Shown here one piece after another: positions 61,488 through 62,970 of a DNA stretch of 62,970 bases (its first letter is position 1; the number at the start of each line of letters is the position of its first letter). The DNA is taken from positions 1 through 62,970 of the forward strand of contig JBFXLE010000026.1 of the NCBI GenBank assembly GCA_050173015.1, read 5' to 3'. The notes beneath the pieces were generated by a model. That model was not told the DNA's origin. It made no database searches and saw only the letters and a list, made by a program, of their open reading frames with translations. The DNA comes from Calditrichaceae bacterium. Lineage in GTDB: Bacteria > Calditrichota > Calditrichia > Calditrichales > JBFXGD01. A program made the translations under genes and the position numbers.

Positions 61488-62443
61488 TTTTCCTTCTCCT
61501 CTTTATCTATGATTCTTGCTGCCGAACTTGCAGTTACCCCTGTTGTAGATGAAGCAGCATTTGAAGCTCCGACATTTTCAAGAGTCATAGCTGTATTTGC
61601 TTTTTTTGCTGCTTTTTGGAAATTAGAATTCACCGTTGTAGCATTAGCTGCATTCTTCTTGTAGGTAGCACGTGATGTTTTTGAATTTGTTCTTGTTCCC
61701 TGTAGCTTTTTGGCCGCTTGGCCTGCTATTTCACCAGCATCACCTGCTTTTTGAACTTGTTTGGTTAGGACATTGTCAACGGCGTCTCCAGCTTTTGAAG
61801 CTACTCCACCAGCCACAGCATCTATAATGACACCACCTGCTGTAACTTGTTCGCCGCTTATTAGTTTTTTAGCTGCACCTTCACTGGCGCTTACTCCAGC
61901 ACTTATTGCTACTTGGGCAATCCTTGAGCCTTTTGCAAAGGTAGACAGCCCACCACTCGCCAAGCCTGCTGCTGCACTCACACCTATTTTAGCCCAGCCT
62001 TCAGAAGTAGGCATATAATTACCAGTTTCATAAACCTGCAAACCGTACTCAACAGCCGCTCCAATTACGGCACCCCAAACAGAACGGCCATTTGGGTCTC
62101 GTTTTCCAATCGGATCATTCATTGAATAGTTATAAGGTGACCATGAAGGATAAAAATCAGCCAATGGATCCACACTCATCCATCTACCAGTCGCTGGGTC
62201 ATAATACCTTGCGCCAAAATAGTACCAGTTCAAACCGCTTTCTTCATCGAGCTCCTTGCCGCCGAATTTGTAGATATCATCGGTCATGGCGTTATTGACA
62301 CTGCGTCCCGGCATTTGCAGACCAAAGGGGTAGTAGTCATTATAGGCTTCCGCCTGGCCAAATTCATTTACCGTCACCCTGATATTCCCCACGTGATCTT
62401 TCAGGTAGTAGTAACGGTTACTATGCGTCACGGTAATGTTCAT
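61484..62443 (-). CDS. Rhs core + toxin tip, cassette 5 (Ala/Gly-rich, paralogue of cassette 2)
   Basis: Core ending NDPIGKRDPNG; tip shares KLQGTRTNSKTSRATY and KAAKKANT.MTLENVG with cassette 2. Confidence 0.88.
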   Translation of the reverse strand: MNITVTHSNRYYYLKDHVGNIRVTVNEFGQAEAYNDYYPFGLQMPGRSVNNAMTDDIYKFGGKELDEESGLNWYYFGARYYDPATGRWMSVDPLADFYPSWSPYNYSMNDPIGKRDPNGRSVWGAVIGAAVEYGLQVYETGNYMPTSEGWAKIGVSAAAGLASGGLSTFAKGSRIAQVAISAGVSASEGAAKKLISGEQVTAGGVIIDAVAGGVASKAGDAVDNVLTKQVQKAGDAGEIAGQAAKKLQGTRTNSKTSRATYKKNAANATTVNSNFQKAAKKANTAMTLENVGASNAASSTTGVTASSAARIIDKEEKEK

Positions 62444-62785
62444 GATTTCCGTATCCCGCTGATATTCAGTTACTCCATTTCGTTTAAATTGATGGGCAGA
62501 AATTTTATTTTTTAAAAAGAAATGCTCTAATAAATATAATCAACGAAACTTTTAAATGAAAATGGATATTTATTTGCTTTAAACCGGCAGACTTTACCAT
62601 CGGCGCATCAATAAAAATTCTGTGTATAAAAACCATATGACAATTATGTGACCCGGTAAAATACCGCGTGTATGTTCTCAATCCCTAAAGATTTTCCAAT
62701 CCATAGAATCAAAATATTTATTACGTTTCAATTGGTGATTCGGTGGGTCCTAGTTAAAATTATTGAACGGTGTTCTGATAGAAAT

Positions 62786-62812
62786 AAAAAAGCCCCCGGA
62801 GTTCAGGGGCTT
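62786..62812 (-). terminator. Terminator downstream of 5S rRNA
   Basis: aagcccc...ggggctt with U-tract on the minus strand. Confidence 0.8.
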
Positions 62813-62861
62813 AAAAATTTTTATATATGAAGTTTGTTCTGGATTTTTTACAAAAAAAAAT

Positions 62862-62970
62862 CTGGTGACGACTTACTCTCCCGTCCCAGCCATAGGAACA
62901 GTACCATCAGCGCTGGCGGGCTTAACTACTCTGTTCGGAATGGGAAGAGGTGTTTCCCCGCCGCTATTGT
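62862..62970 (-). rRNA. rrf: 5S ribosomal RNA (5' few nt beyond the window edge)
   Basis: Minus strand ...gaaacacctcttcccattccgaacagagtagttaagc...gatggtact...gggagagtaagtcgtcaccag carries the canonical 5S motifs. Confidence 0.97.

Noticed and set aside
55350-62460. Regularly recurring ~260-bp repeats as a CRISPR array, integron attC or DGR template
   Set aside because: The repeats are coding Rhs cores with mostly synonymous variation; no cas, integrase or reverse transcriptase gene and no adenine-specific mutation pattern seen

Overview
Bacterial chromosomal window. The rplM-rpsI-rpsB-tsf-pyrH-frr gene order and a GGGP-synthase-family gene suggest an FCB-superphylum lineage such as Calditrichota (inference). 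Left to right it holds: (1) the 5' part of a large secreted protein with seven propeller-type repeats and cadherin/tandem-95-like repeats, running off the left edge; (2) a ~38 kb minus-strand Wzx/Wzy-type exopolysaccharide/capsule cluster (2.2-40.2 kb) with an unusually rich tailoring set (AsnB + AMP ligase + ACP, a Cys-less AsnB paralogue, two ATP-grasp ligases, GNAT, two CapA, two deacetylases, PaaK/CapK-like ligase, DUF362, two secreted lyase-like proteins, a STAS-HTH-like fusion) and a perfect CRP-type box upstream; (3) the rplM-rpsI-rpsB-tsf-pyrH-frr operon with an rpsB (t44-like) leader; (4) a fadE-fadA-fadN beta-oxidation operon with a perfect FadR(YsiA)-type palindrome; (5) plus-strand wbqC-like, GGGP synthase, gmhA and NDP-sugar epimerase genes; (6) an ~8.7 kb array of five Rhs core + toxin-tip / membrane-immunity cassettes with no full-length rhs parent in the window, each closed by its own terminator, with a recent 1769-bp duplication, lying directly downstream of (7) a 5S rRNA gene at the right edge. 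The strongest candidates for an undescribed system are the self-contained Rhs cassette array and the amide/acyl tailoring module of the EPS cluster.
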